Shown here: positions 23,505-37,542 of the stretch, piece after piece
Layout: the number at the start of each line of letters is the position of its first letter
Position numbering within the stretch: the first letter of the stretch is position 1
From: Lingula anatina
Lineage: Eukaryota > Animalia > Brachiopoda
Assembly (NCBI GenBank): GCA_051362555.1
Contig: CM120647.1
Location: 15,414,651-15,478,650 of the forward strand
Direction: 5' to 3'
DNA length: 64,000 nucleotides
Program-made: the position numbers and the translations under genes
Notes under the pieces: model-generated
The model's database searches: none
The model's input: only the letters and a program-made list of their open reading frames with translations
What the model was told of the DNA's origin: nothing

Positions 23505-26500
23505 GGGGTGTTGTGATGAAATTGTTCATAGTAGTGTTTTCTCAAAAACATTTTAGACCAGCTACAAGTTACACATAAAAATGTTGATTATTATCCGAAC
23601 CTTAGACTACTGAACCGATTAGTAAATTCTGCAAATCAATTTGGTGATATTGTTGTGAGAAATCATGAGAGTGTATTAATGGCTTGTAAAAACACCACCA
23701 CAGAAAACTTTTAAATAAAAAATACAGTTTGCCCAAAGTTATTAGTTTAGAGACCGGGAAAAAATAACAAGATGGACGGTCTTGTAAATTCTATTAAAGA
23801 GAGAGAGAGAGATGAGAGGTGGGGGTGGTGGGGGGGGGGGGGGGTGGAGGTGGAAGGAGAATTAGAGAACCAGGTTGTACGTGTGTATGTCATTTACTCT
23901 GTCATATTTGGCGTTTATTTCAAAACCTACATCCTCGACTTCAACAACAGTTCGGCGCTTAAGTCATAAAATCATTTATGTAGTTTGCTCTAATTGGAGG
24001 AAAACCGAAAGAAACACAAGTAGCCCCTTTCAACGAAACATATGTTAAAGGGATAATAACTCTTCGTATGCGATCTATATTTTACAATAAAAACATTGTG
24101 AATAACACATAGAAATACAATATATTCTGTTTTACCACAAAAACGGCAGTTATAGCTATTTTTACTGATATCTGAGCTTGTCTTTAGAACACGTGACCTC
24201 CATTGATGGCTATACAAAAAAAAAAACTTTTTTAGAAAAAAAAAAAAAAAAAACAGGGACTAACTTTGAATGTAAAAATGGATTCATTAACCATTGGTAA
24301 GTATGGGAAAATTGTTGTTTACTCCAGGATAATTAATTTTTTGGCCGAAACGAAGAGTTATTATCCCTTTAATCTGAGCAGAAATCCAGCACCTGCTGGT
24401 AATTATAGTTTAAATGAATAGCAATATAGTGATAGAGTATAGTGATATAGGTTTACACAGGTAATTCGTAGGGAAAAATGTGTGCACATCAGCCCTTTCC
24501 GATGGGGTAGCTAGTGAAACTGCATAGAAATAAGCATGAGATCCCCCACTGTTGTATATGTAATACTGGTAATAACTAGATAAAATACGAAATACATAGA
24601 TAAATTAAAAGAGGACGAACATACACAATCAAAGTACTATACCAGCTGTGTGCAACCCTTTCTTTAAACTAAAACTCTCTACACAACTAAGTTGATCTAT
24701 CTGATCCGGGGATCAAATATAGCGCGACCCACTTGTAAACTTGCCGCCTAAATTACTCGGGAAATCCATCAGGGGGTCATGAAGCCGGTTTATGTCTGTA
24801 AACAGTTTTTCACCAATAAACATAGTTGGTGAAGCTTTTAGATTTAAAATGAAAGACAATGCAATGTCTTCCGATCAGGTTTTCTTTCCGGTTTCAAATA
24901 AGATTAAAATTGAAAAATAAAGATAACAATATTGAATAAAGTAATAATAAACTATGAGACCCAAATACTGTAAAATTCGGTTTCAAATGAATTTATTCAA
25001 GTCCACTTAAAAATGAAATCATTGTTCTGAACAATTAGCAATTTTGTGACAATAAGGATGTAATTATTCATTAAATGGAAGTGCTACTGATACATCTGTG
25101 GTCAAAGTAGACTTAGAAATCTCAATTATAAGAATATGCTATGAACGTAGGGCATTTATATCTAGCAACCAAACGAAATGTTCTGTCAATTATGAAGTGG
25201 ATAAAAAAATTATAAAATAGAAAAGAACTGAAAATTCAAGCCTCCTATCTTCACTGATAGTTTGTATCATGTTTCCATGAGTCATGTCAAATATGTCATC
25301 GGGAATAAGTGGTAAAAATGGTTAACAGATGTGAGATGATCATTTGTAAACAAACACATGAGATTTAAGTTAAACGTTAAACCTTGATTTATATATAAGA
25401 AAAATTATTTTACCGGAAATTTCAAAAATTTTCCATAAATTCCAACTTTTTTATATTTTGTTAATAGAATGGAGAAACATGAATATTTATGAGTTGAAAA
25501 CAGGTTCATAAATTATGAAGTTGTCACGTTGGTGATCGATTAAAGGCATATCTATGGTTTTATAATGGTTTAACATGTGTAACTTTTATTTGAAATTTAG
25601 AGACTTAATTGCCTACACACCACCTCAGATTTAGAGCACAATAAGGTAATGAGGACAGGTAAATTAGCATCTCTAGCAGTCGTTTATTAACTATTTATAA
25701 ACAAAACAAATTGACTAAATCCCATTCAATTTACAATTTTGTTTATCATGCACGCGATAGATTCATTTGCTAGAAAGTTACATCCTCCTCACCAACCAAC
25801 AGCAGATGTTTAAGAATAAACTGTTGTAAAATTATCATTGTGTGTCGGTGTTGATTTTACTATAACGACAAAAAAGGGTTTTTTTCATTTTCCAAATTAT
25901 TCCGTGTGTATTAAAGACAGAAGGAAGCATGTACACTTGTGGAGAAAAGAAATGAAGATTTAAATGTGCTCGTAGAATGAATTAAATAGGAAAGACTTTG
26001 AACAAGCAGTTAATACTTGCCACTAGAGGACGCTTTAACAAATGATAATGGTTTTCTTACGTTGAGTTGTGTAATAATGATAAAGGAAATGTTTGAAACA
26101 GAAAATACCTTGCTGGGTCCATATCTCATTCTGTATGTGTCCTTCTTGAAGACTGATAATTTTTACTTCGTAACAGAGAGAATGCACGTGGAAACTGGAG
26201 TGAATTATCTGAATTTTGAAAGTTTTAGATATATTTTACAAATGCTGTGAATATTCTTGCTTGCGGAACGATCTGGTTTTCTTAATATCCAGGGGTCGAT
26301 TTTCAATAAGATAATAAATAAAATATGGTGAAAACTAAAATCCCAAAATTGTAAGTTATGAGAAAAATAAAACTCAAAATAGCAATAATTGAGTTTCTGG
26401 GTAATCAATATTTAGTTTTAAGTAAATGCACATATTTCCAGATGTTGTACAAAAGATATGAATATGACGGGTCTATTGCAAATGCATCTTTATGTGCTTT

Positions 26501-27360
26501 TACCTTATGCTTAGCAGTTGGATATTAGAGAGTTAGGTTCCCCTTTAAGAAATTAGAATAATGAAACAATGGAAAATTGAATTAAGTTGTGGTTATCACT
26601 TGCATGTCCTAAAATTGGATTTTTATACGACAAAAAATGGTAATGTTTGCAAAATTGTTTAGGTTAGGAGAAAAAGAAAAAAAAAATATGAGAGAGTGCT
26701 TCTGCTTTTAGACGTCGCTTCGACAAATGATAATGGTTTTCGTGCAAAAAACCATGATAATGGTTTTCATGCAAAACACCGTGAATAAATGATTAAGGAA
26801 AAGTTTGAAACAGAAAATACCTTGCTGGGACCATATTTCATGACAACGTTATTCTGTGGTGAAGATTGATAGTGATTTGTTTGCACAGAAGCGTATAAAT
26901 ACCGGCTTGGGTTGCAAATCTCATCGTAGAGAACTTATCAAGTCTCCTGCTTCCATTGGAACAATAAAAGATTGCGCTCTTCTTGTGCTCTTGGTGCCCT
27001 TTGCCACTTTTTCCATAGAAAGTGAGCGATACCATGCTCTTAAGATGATATCAAAAGTAAATTCTGAAGCAGAGTAAAGAAATAACTCACAGTTGTGTGC
27101 AAGATTCAGGCAGAGGGTATATCTCCGCTTAGGCGAGATTGATTTAGAAATGTTACATTTATCTATCAAAACCTGACTTACAGAGGCTGTGGTCAGAAAC
27201 ATATCCAATAAGATATTCTCAAAATTAGAAAAATATGATTTATCAAATTTAGCATCCAACGGAATGAAGTGGCAGTGATCAGCAATTCAAAATTTGCAGA
27301 TAGGCTGTTGTGAGTGCTTAAGAAATTGGTCATTCCTTCGTTTTAAAACTCTAAGTGATA

Positions 27361-29276
27361 CAACATCCCGCACGAAAACGCAGTAGATACTCCATTGCAG
27401 TAGACTACTGCAATCATACTGCAAATATGCTTCAAATCTGCTTCGATGTGGGAGCTAATTAGCATATTTGAAACATGCTTCTATCATGCTGCTAATCTAC
27501 TGCATTAATGCTCCTCCTCTGTACAACCCTATGTAATTTTTGAAGTAGAATTGCAGTAGGCTATACTGCATTTCTACTGCAAATATGCTCCACACCACTA
27601 CTGCGTTAATGCTTCTTTGCTACTTCGATACTACTGCATTTTCGTGCGGGATTGGTCATAAAGGTTGTCCCACCCCCATTTCCATGTACTTTTATTTACA
27701 AATGATCACCTTACAGGTGTATATTGTTATAAACGGTGCTTTTTATTCTAGATACCATGTCTAACATGATTAATGGTTCAAAAAACACAAAATAGTGGTG
27801 TGAATATGCACATTTTATACCATTTAGTCAAATTTATAACAGGTACCCCCTCAAATCCAATGTTTCACTGTGGTTTCCACAGATGTAAAGAAGTGTCTAT
27901 TAAATTGAAAAGACGCCATCAAATGTCACCAAATTTACACATAATTAAAATTAGAATGTGCTCGTTAAAGGTCACATATGCCTAATAGCGTGTGCGTCTA
28001 CCGCGTACTGTAATTATGTCCTGTAGATGGCGCAACAAGCCTTCAACAATTGTAATAATTCTGTTTTGTAGGATATTGCCCCATTCATCCGGAATTGGTC
28101 CAGATTATTTCGGAATTGGTTCTCCTCTGCAATGCACATTCCAATTAATGCCACAGGGGCTCAGTAGGATTAATATCAGGGCTCAAAGACGGTTTTCCCA
28201 TCCTCAGAGCCCTGTGTTTCAGCAACAAATCACTTGCCAGATGAGAGCTGTGAGCAAGTGCGTTGTCACAATGAAGCCGGTAGCATCCCTGAAGTCACCT
28301 CTTGCAAATGGAGTGAGCTATCTATTGAAAATGTTACCGTAAAATGCCCCAGTTACGTTTTGTTCCACAAGGAACAATGTTGGCTTGGAATGTTCCCCAA
28401 ATGCCGACTGATCTAACACCTCAGGCGATATTATCCTGCACACGCCCTTCCAAGAGGCATTTTTCAACATGTCTACGGACCTTCATTTGACCATCGATGA
28501 GATACAAGAAATAATTTGATTCTGCAGCAAAACCGACTTCCTTCCAGCGATGGATGGGCAGGTTCAGGTCCCTGTGGGATCACTGAACGTTGCATTCTCA
28601 GCTGATATCTCGCTCCATCTTCAAGAACTGACCTTAACTCTGGGCTTCATCATAACAGCACATTTGCTCACACTATTCGCCTGGCAAGTGATTTGTTGTA
28701 GAAACACAATGTTCTAAGGATGGAACCACCATCTTTGAGCCCTGATATTAACCTTACTAATCACCTATGACATGAATTGGAGTGTGCAATGCAGAGGGGA
28801 ACCAACCCCATAAAAACGTGAACCAACTCCCCCAAGCTGTTTAGGAAGGATGGGATAATATCCCACGAAACAGAATTTTTACCCTTGTTGAAGGCTTGGC
28901 GCGCCATCTACAGGAGATAATTGCAGTATGCGGTAGACGCACACGCTATTAGGCACGTGACCTATAACGAGCACATCCTAATGCTAATTGTGTGTAAATT
29001 TGGTGACATTTGATGGCGTCTTTTCAATTCAATAGACATTTCTTTACATCTGTAGAAATCACAATGAAACATTGGATTTGAGGGGGTACCTGTACCTGAG
29101 GGGGTGTAAAATGTATATATTTTCACCACTATTTTGTATTTTTTAACCATTTATCATGTTAGACATGGTATCTGGAATAAAAATCATTAATTATAGCAAT
29201 TTACACCTGTGAGCTGATCATTTGTAATAAAAAGTACATGGAAATGGGGGTGGGACAACCTTTATGACCAATGTTG
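27361..29276 (-). mobile_element. Tc1-like element with ~450 bp TIRs and transposase remnants
   Basis: TA|CAACATTGGTCATAAAGG...CCTTTATGACCAATGTTG|TA. Minus-strand remnant SPDINPTEPLW (SPDLNPIE motif) at ~28150-28190. Confidence 0.8.
27367..27650. mobile_element. EnSpm/CMC-like MITE nested in the left TIR of the Tc1-like element
   Basis: CCCGCACGAAAA...TTTTCGTGCGGG, 2-bp AT duplication, repeated GCAGTAG/CTACTGC subterminal motifs. Confidence 0.75.
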
Positions 29277-32200
29277 TATATTCAAGCGCCCACCTTTAAT
29301 AATTACATCTTTCTTTTCAGTTAATTTTCATGACGTTATCATAATTTATTAGCCTTATCGCATAATTAGCTTTACTTGTCCCATATCGAATATCCCTGTG
29401 ATTCTCTTCGCCACAAAAGTTTTCATGTAAAAATTAAACAGAGCAAAAGTGTATTTCAATGTCTGGAGTTTTATAAAATAAAATTGAAAAGAACATGGAT
29501 TTTTTGTTTCGCTGTATTACTTTACTTCACTAACATTTGGATTGAGACATTTCACGCAAAATAAACACAAATGGTTGTTGAGTAACATGCCCATCGTTGT
29601 CATTTACTTATATTTTATACAGACACACCCTAGCATCCTAACCCTGTAGCATTTGCATCTGCTCTGATTATGTCACTGGAATCTAGAAATTTTACGTAAT
29701 ATATATTCCTCTGGTCTTTTGAAAAGATGCTTATCCGGGCAATGTACAGGCTCTGTGTACATCTGCTGTGGTCACGTATGTAGTAACGACTATGGAAGAT
29801 GATGGTGCGTTGGAATCCCACACAACTGCTACTGTCCGGCAATTGATCACACAGGGTAAAATGTGTTGTGATGAGATTGTTCATAGCATTGTTTTCACGA
29901 TTACATTTTAGACCAGCTACAAGTTACACATAAATGATGTTGATTATTTTTCCCAGCTAATACTGCTGGACCGATTAGTAAATTCTGCAGGTCAATTTGG
30001 TTATATTGTTGTGAGAAATCATGAAAGTATATTAATTGCTTGTAAAAACACCACCACACAACAGCTTTTTAATAGCAAATACAGTTTGACCAAAGTTATC
30101 AATTTAGAGCCCGAAAAAAATAACAAGATGGACGGTCTTGTAAATTCTATTAGAGAGAGAGAGAGAGAGAGAGAGGAGGGAGGGGGGATGGAAGGAGAAT
30201 TAGAGAACCAAGCTGTACGTTTGTATGCCATATACTCTGATTGTAATATGTGACGTTTATTTCCATTCAATTTTGTGATAAAATCTAATGCAAGCTATAT
30301 AATGTGCGTTCAAATAAGTAAATAGAAAAAAATGAACATCGTGCTGTAAATGATCAGTTAAATACAATGGTTAATTATTTAATAGTTTATAATAACAATG
30401 TTTTTTGTTCACAGAAGACCCTTCCATCGAGGGTAAGCATGACCAGTTGAAACTAAAGAAGAAAACAGAAAACTAGTCACTCAGCTCAATGTAATCTTAT
30501 AGTTGATGTAAAGCTGCTGTATTTGGATATTTTTGTGAATTTTGAATTCAACAGTTAGTGGTCATAATAAAGATTGAGTAAATGCACTTGTATATTAGTT
30601 TTTCTTAATTCAATAAAATTATTTTACAGAGCTTTACATAGCACATCCACTGAAATAGTACAACCCATCCAACTTCTACCATATGTACATAAATGTGCAA
30701 AGAAAATTACTTTCCTTCAACGCCATATCCGTGCACAAAAGTAAGAAAAAGCTGTAAATACACATCTTTATTAGAAAGTATAAAATACAAATTTATAATA
30801 AGAACAAAAAGTTCCTTTCAGTTTACACGTATTTTAATCCTGTAGCTAAACAGGTTATAAGACGAGTACTGCCACTAGTCAGAAGAAATCTTTCCAGTTA
30901 ATGGTAGCATTACTATATAATACAGTAATATCAAATCAGTAGAGATACAAATGCTGACAAAATAACATTGAGTGAGTGGAAGATGGCCTGTCCCCTGTCC
31001 TCTAATTTGTGACCCACATCTAGGAAAGTAAACTTGTATATCGTCCTATAGAGGTAGATAAATTTATCTGTGATTTTCCAAATACAAGTAAGGATTACCC
31101 TGTAATCTCCCACAGGGGGTCTGTGGTATTTCCAGGATATAATATATGTTGCATACTGGGGTTGTCTTTTTCCCCTCTTGTCGGTAATGGTCACTGCCTT
31201 GCCTTTGTATTTTCTCTAAATTAAACTGGAAATAACATGCGCAGGGTAAATGTTGATAGAATTTACATCACTTATTGGTTGCTGTAGACCGATAGTTTTT
31301 ACTAGTACTTGAAGGAGACATTGTAAAGAAAAATATTATGCTGATAGAAACAACTGGTGGAAACAACTGCATACACACCGTGATGGCTGGATACTGAGAT
31401 CTTTATTGGTGTGCAATTTGTTTCTTGTTCCTTTTTTGGTCTCACTGTGCTCATCTCAGATTTGCTGAAAAAAGGATCCCATCATGTACAAATATTTCAA
31501 ACTGTAATAAAGAGTTCATTCAAATTTTGCAGCACAACAGTCCTTGGCATAAAGGACATATTTACATATCTTCATTATGCTTCCATTTTGCATTCCATTA
31601 AAAATATGATGCATCAGCAAGCCTACCTGCCCTGAGCTTTGTTGCTCCCACTAGCTTTCCCAACAAGTGGTGGAAGATCTTTGGCTTCTTCCTCCTGAAT
31701 AAACCAATGAGGATAGTCAACCTAATAATGCATGCATTAATACAAACACATATGCCCCACCTCAGATTCTACCTACTAAATAATTAATATATTCCTCAAC
31801 CCTCTACTAGTCATAATATCCCAAACACTTCAACTAACTCCCGTTATCAACAATTACAAAACAACATTTTATCTGGCAAATTTGGATAATGTAATAATTT
31901 CATGTAATATATATTTCCTCGATAATTGTGAGGTCACCCGTACACGAAAAACCAATGCTTACATCGCTTTATTCATCGCTTTATTGATTTATTCATTCAT
32001 TAGCTGTCTGGATTTGGAGACTAAGCAAGTCCGATAATATAGACGTTTCTCAAGACATTTGTGTCTCGTTATACACAACGTATACATAACGAAATCATAT
32101 GCAAAAAATGCGTATCGCTAGACTTTTCATTAAGTGACATAATGTATAAATAACTCAAAACTTACCCGCCGGTGGCTAAATCATACACTTTCAGAATTAC

Positions 32201-32803
32201 GCCGCCATTGTTAATTGTTTTGGTCTCGAATGAAAGCGAGAATCCACGGGACATCAAAAGGTCATTAGCAACGCATTGCTTGACGATCGGCAAGGAGAGC
32301 ATCGAAAGCCCCATCGACAATCACAGTTTTCATAATGATTACGATAACTGCAGTTTTGGTGGTGAAATGCAATTTATTATATATTCATATGTTGTTTACA
32401 ATGTATTTCTTGTGGCATATTGAATCTCAAACGAACAGTTGTTATGCCTTTAAGTTTAATGAGCAATGCAAATGTCTATAATTTGTGTGTAATGATATTG
32501 GATATTAATCACGACGGAAAAGTGGCATTGTTTACAAATTTTTTTACTGCGACAAGCAGGACAAGAAATATTGTGAGTACACTTTCGCTTTTAAAGTACT
32601 TTTGACAAATGGTAATTGTTTTATTGCGTAACGCTGTGTATAAATGATTAAGGAAAGTTTGAAACAGAAAATATCTCGCAGCAACCATATTTCATTATAA
32701 TTTATAGTATATGTTTCCGTGCTGACGATTATTTGGCAGAAAAATGAACAATCTGTATTGATCCTATTATTAGGAGAGGTAAAAAAACAATAGATATATG
32801 ACT

Positions 32804-33202
32804 CACTGAGAAGAAATTGGAGTCATTTGACTCTCTAGTCAGAGTCCAGCACCCCTTGACCCTCATGGAGTTAATTTGACTCTAAAATCAGAGTCAAATT
32901 ATCAGGGGCCAGTGTCTGGCTGACCCCTTTCACCGACTCTTTTTCGCTCGCTGGACAGTAAGCTTCGTTTCATTACTTGTGATGGCAGTGAGCAGACGGC
33001 GTGGAGAGAACAGTTTTCATCATTCTTTGTCAGTATAAACATTACTTTATTGGCCATAGTTGGTTTTATGCATAAACAAGTGGTTTTCTGTGTGTTTCTG
33101 CATGCAGAACTCGTGCACTTAATTATTACTGGTCCCGGCTTTCAGTTGCCACACCCTTTATGTGATATGTTGGTATACAGGTTGTAGGTTTGACCCACCA
33201 AT

Positions 33203-33253
<51 letters not shown>

Positions 33254-33660
33254 TGTTTATTACCAGATTTACAAACTGTTTGTTATTGCTGTTTCAACAC
33301 CACATGTGACCGCATGGCCTAGTGGTTAGGGTGTCTGCCTCTGGGGTTCGAGGCCGTCCGGGGACACAACAATCTGAAGTGAACGTTACTTGCTGTTTCT
33401 CCCCTTGGCGATGTTGTTGTTTTTGTTCATGATGTGCCTAGGAGTAAAAAAATTCCTTAATATGGGGTCATGGTGACTCTTTTGTAGAGATAAATCAAGG
33501 GATGAAGGGATGTGTGAATTGAGTTAATTGTGACCCTCCTTTGGGGTCTGGGGTGGCATTTCTCCATCGGAGTCAACTTGACTCCAATTGGGAGTTATTT
33601 TAGGCACCACTGCTGGACTTCAAGTTTGGAGTCACTTGGACTCCGATTTTATTCTCAGTG
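32804..33660. mobile_element. CACTG-ended non-autonomous element
   Basis: CACTGAGAA...TTCTCAGTG termini with many GAGTC/GACTC subterminal repeats. Duplicate at 59016-59998. Confidence 0.7.
33309..33410 (+). mobile_element. tRNA-derived SINE-like head
   Basis: A-box TGGCCTAGTGG and B-box-like GGTTCGAGGCC with an internal deletion; no cloverleaf. Duplicate at ~59647. Confidence 0.5.
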
Positions 33661-34463
33661 GCTGAGTACACAAACAATTGGTGACGTCTGGAGTTGAAAA
33701 TCAAACCCCAGTGTATTGTTTATATTTTGAAAGTTATAGACACATATAACCAGCCAGAAAATTAGCGATAGGCCAAATGCTTGCCTTTCTAATCGATGTT
33801 ACTTGTGTGTAAAATACAGCGTCATGTGCATTTTTCCTCAATGTTCAAATGCAGTGAATCTTCTAGATTCCTGCAAATCGGTCTTATTTTCGCAATGAAG
33901 GCCAGAGGTTGACTTCTAATAAAATAAGAAATGAAATATAATTAATGAAAATTCCGATTCATTTAAATAAAAATAAGTAATACATTAAATATGATAAATT
34001 TAAAGTTAAAAAATCAAAATAAAATTTTTTTGTACATTAAATCATTTATATCAGTTGAAGATATTATAAAGGCTTAAAGGTAAACCTTACGCGTGCAGTA
34101 GCTAACTGTTTACGAAATTAACAGATGTGTTTGCAAATTTTCGAATTGTTTAATTTGTACGTGGCAATTAGATACTAGAGAGTAAGATCTCTTTCACCAA
34201 ATAAGACATTTTGAGAAATGATAATGATTTTATTGCATAACACTGCGTATTAATGATTCAGAAAAAAATTGGAAACAGAAAACATCTTGCTGGCACCATA
34301 TTTCAGGGCAATCTGTTTCTGTTTCCTTGCTGAGGGTAAACAGATATTTCCTTGTACAGAATTGTATAAATAACGGCTTGGGATGCGTAAGATAGCAAGT
34401 CTCTTAGAAGAGAACAAATTCTTGAGATTTCATTCTCCTGCTAGGACAACTTCCATTGGAACA

Positions 34464-35868
34464 ATGAAGTCGTGCGCTCTTCTTGTGCTTTTGGTGCTCT
34501 TTGCCGCTGTTGTCATAGAAGGTGAGAAACAAAATATTTATAATGACTTAAAGCGTAAGTAATGACGAAAAGAAGAGATGTTAAAAGTGAGACAGTACTC
34601 TAGACAGGCAGTATCTCAGCTCGGGTGAGATTTATTTAGAAATGTTACCATACTATGACATGAGTGCTTACTAACAGTGGTATTTTGCTTTCTTTTGAAA
34701 TACACAGTGAAACTAATAATTGTGCCTGAATTTGCATTTCCACAAATTATCTTGAGTCAAGTTAGAAAATATCTGAATACATATATAAAACCATTTTAGT
34801 CTCTTCTTTGAGGGGTGTCTGTTCTTTGAAGATCACTCTCAAGAACAAGCTAAAGCAATCAAAAATCATTTGTCACTACCAAAATATACCAGTAAGAAAT
34901 TGAATTTAATGGAGACCAAAAATGTACATGGAGTTCAGAAAGGGCATGGATGGTGACACATATTACTGACACCTTTCCTAAGTAAAATTGGAAAGAACAC
35001 ATCTTTTAAGTTCCAAATTGTTATTTTCTTTTATTAACAATTAAATTTAGAAACTACGCGCAAAATAAATGCTCACGGGATTTCAGTAACGGATTTATAT
35101 TTACCATTTTTTCATTTTGATATAGACACATCCGGGCAAGCTGTAGCGTATGCCACGTGCAACTGCTGTGGTCACGAGTGTAGCAGCGACCATGGGAGTT
35201 GCGAGTGCGGCGGAATTCCACCCAACTGCTACTGTGCTGCAGCTGATCACACAACAAGGTAAAAGGTTTTGCAATCAGATTGTTCATAGCAGTATTTTCA
35301 CAAATACATATTTAGACCAGCTGCTTGTTACACATAAAAAAATTTGATTATTGTTCGAACCTTAGACTTCTAGCTAATTAGTACATTCTGCAAGTCAATT
35401 TTTATGATATTGTTGTGAGAAACCATGAGAGTGACTTAATGGCTAGTACAAACACCACAACAGAAAACTATTTAATAACAAATACAGTTTGCCCAAAAAA
35501 CCGAAAGACCGAAAAAATAACGAGATGGACGGTCTTGTAAATTCTATGAATGAGAGAGAGGATCGAGAGAGAGAGAGAGGGCGAGAGAGAGAGAGGTGGG
35601 GAAGGGAGGGGGAGATGGAAAGAGGATTAAAGAACCAGGTTGTACGTGTGTATGTCATTTACTTTGTTTGTCATATGTGGTGTTTATTTCCATTCACTTT
35701 TGTCATATAATCTATACAATGTGCGTTCAAATAAGTAAATAGAAAAAAAATATCGTATTGTAAATGTTCAGTTAAATACAATGGTTCATTATTTAAAAGT
35801 TTATAATAACAGTTAAGAACAGTTTACACATATTTTTTGTTTGCAGAAGACCCTTCTTTCGAGGGTAA
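34464..35868 (+). CDS. Cys-rich secreted peptide, copy E (70 aa, 3 coding exons)
   Basis: TATAAA 34365; exons 34464-34521, 35126-35258, 35847-35868. Protein MKSCALLVLLVLFAAVVIE-DTSGQAVAYATCNCCGHECSSDHGSCECGGIPPNCYCAAADHTTR-RPFFRG*. AATAAA at 35983. Confidence 0.9.
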
Positions 35869-37149
35869 GCATGGCCAGTTGGACATAAAGAAGAAAACAG
35901 GAAACTAGTCACTCAGCTAAATGTAAAACTGCTGTATTTGGACGTTTTTTTGTGAATTTTGAGTTCAACAATAAGTGGCCATAATAAAGATTGTAGTAAT
36001 TACGTTGTATTTACTGCATTATCAAAACTCTTATTTTACTGCTTTTGTCGTTGTTGAAAATAGTTTGAATGCTTGATACGTATATTAAATCAATGGGCAA
36101 TGCACCACTGAAAATTAGAGGCTCTATCATTTATTTCATAAGCATGAATGAAAAAGTAAACTTATCAAGATATCTTTATTACAACGGAATGCTTTAACCT
36201 CTGTTATAGATATTTGTGTTACTTAAAAATATTGCTGCACAGGAAAAATCTTGATACACAGAAAACTAGCCAAAGCATTTCAAGTACCAAAATGTTTCCA
36301 GCACTATATATATATTAAGATTCTTTTGCATTATTGGTCAAATTCCTCGTATAAAAATACTGACTACAGTAACATTTGTTGCATTTTAACTATTTCTTGA
36401 ATGTGATGTCCAAATACAAATTTAACATTATTACCCAAGTGCCTCGTGATTAAAGTTTAAACAGAAAAAGCGTTTTTTGTCGAAAAACAGCACAATTTAT
36501 TAAGAAACAACTCTACTTGTTGCAATAACACATCAGTTAATGAAAAGTTGCAAAGTTTTTGGCTGTAGCCAACAGGGCATTCGCCATATTGGTCAATCAA
36601 GGTCATCACACACTTTTACGGCATTCATTGCTCTGCTGTTTAATGCACTATTTTCCACCGCAACCACTTCTACAGCTGCGGCAAAAGTTTTAAAAAATAT
36701 ATATGATGAACAGTTTTTATACAAATGCTATTAGATATCATCTTGAATTCTGACAAAAATAGAATGATATTATTAAAAATAAACGAAACACAGAGAATAC
36801 ATAGTATTCTGATTTTTTTATATATATACACGCACATTTATTTTTATCTGTGTTCTAGTTTCTGCATTTTATTTGATAAAGTGACTAACATAGCTACAGA
36901 CTGAGTTATCATTGTCGTAAAAAAACCAGGTGCCTCCATTGTTACATTGTATGTGACAGCTTACTTTAACCATGGTTATATCTTCTTAAACTACGCATCT
37001 TCTTCAACATGAAATATAAAATATGAAATTAAAAGATAAATAAATAAATAAATAAAGAAAGAAATAAATAAATAAAATAAATAACAACATTTTGTTCCAA
37101 GAAATAATACTATGAGATATTTTAATGCAAATGAGACTTGAAGAAATAT

Positions 37150-37542
37150 ACTAGTATACATGTACGTGCTGTAGAGCACTGACAAAGATTTTGTGGACTA
37201 GTCTTCTGTTTTCCTTTCCTTCTGTTTTCCTCGGTACATGTGTATGTTATTTACAGTTGGTGCATGTTTCCATGCACTTCTCAAGTGACGTTTTCGCTCC
37301 AATTCTACCACTGCACTGCTCTTCTGTGACACCTTTTCCATGAAGCCTACAAGACCGTGTCACCACCTGTAGGCTGTACTGCCCACATCCCTCATAAGCG
37401 CCTTTCTACCTCGTCCCGCCACTGTGGCCGTTAAATTGTTGGTGCCTGTCTTCAGTTTTGCCATATATGGACTTAAGAAGTCGTACCAGAAGTATTTGAA
37501 ATACATCTGCTTTGAAAAGCCCGAACATTTCGTATATTCGTG
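37150..37542 (+). pseudogene. Decayed GPCR remnant
   Basis: Nucleotide similarity to the TM7/helix-8 end of 2361-2783 (gttaaattgttggtgcctgtcttcagttttgccatatatgga), with stops and deletions. Confidence 0.65.

Larger units (their letters stand above)
26964..30436 (+). pseudogene. Peptide pseudogene, copy D
   Basis: Exon 1 26964-27021 with ATG changed to ATA. Exon 2 29623-29859 has a ~105-bp insertion, Cys1 to Tyr and Cys5 to TGA. Exon 3 30415-30436 (RPFHRG*). Transposons sit in intron 1. Confidence 0.85.

Noticed and set aside
32172-32423. Duplicated ORFs 32172/58390 and 30931/55634 as conserved genes
   Set aside because: Similarity is explained by the recent segmental duplication; non-ATG starts and no recognisable domains.
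33309-33410. tRNA gene
   Set aside because: A/B-box-like motifs are present but there is no cloverleaf or terminator. Treated as a SINE-like head.
32804-33660. CRISPR-like repeat array
   Set aside because: Irregular GAGTC/GACTC subterminal repeats of a TIR element in eukaryotic DNA, with no repeat-spacer periodicity.
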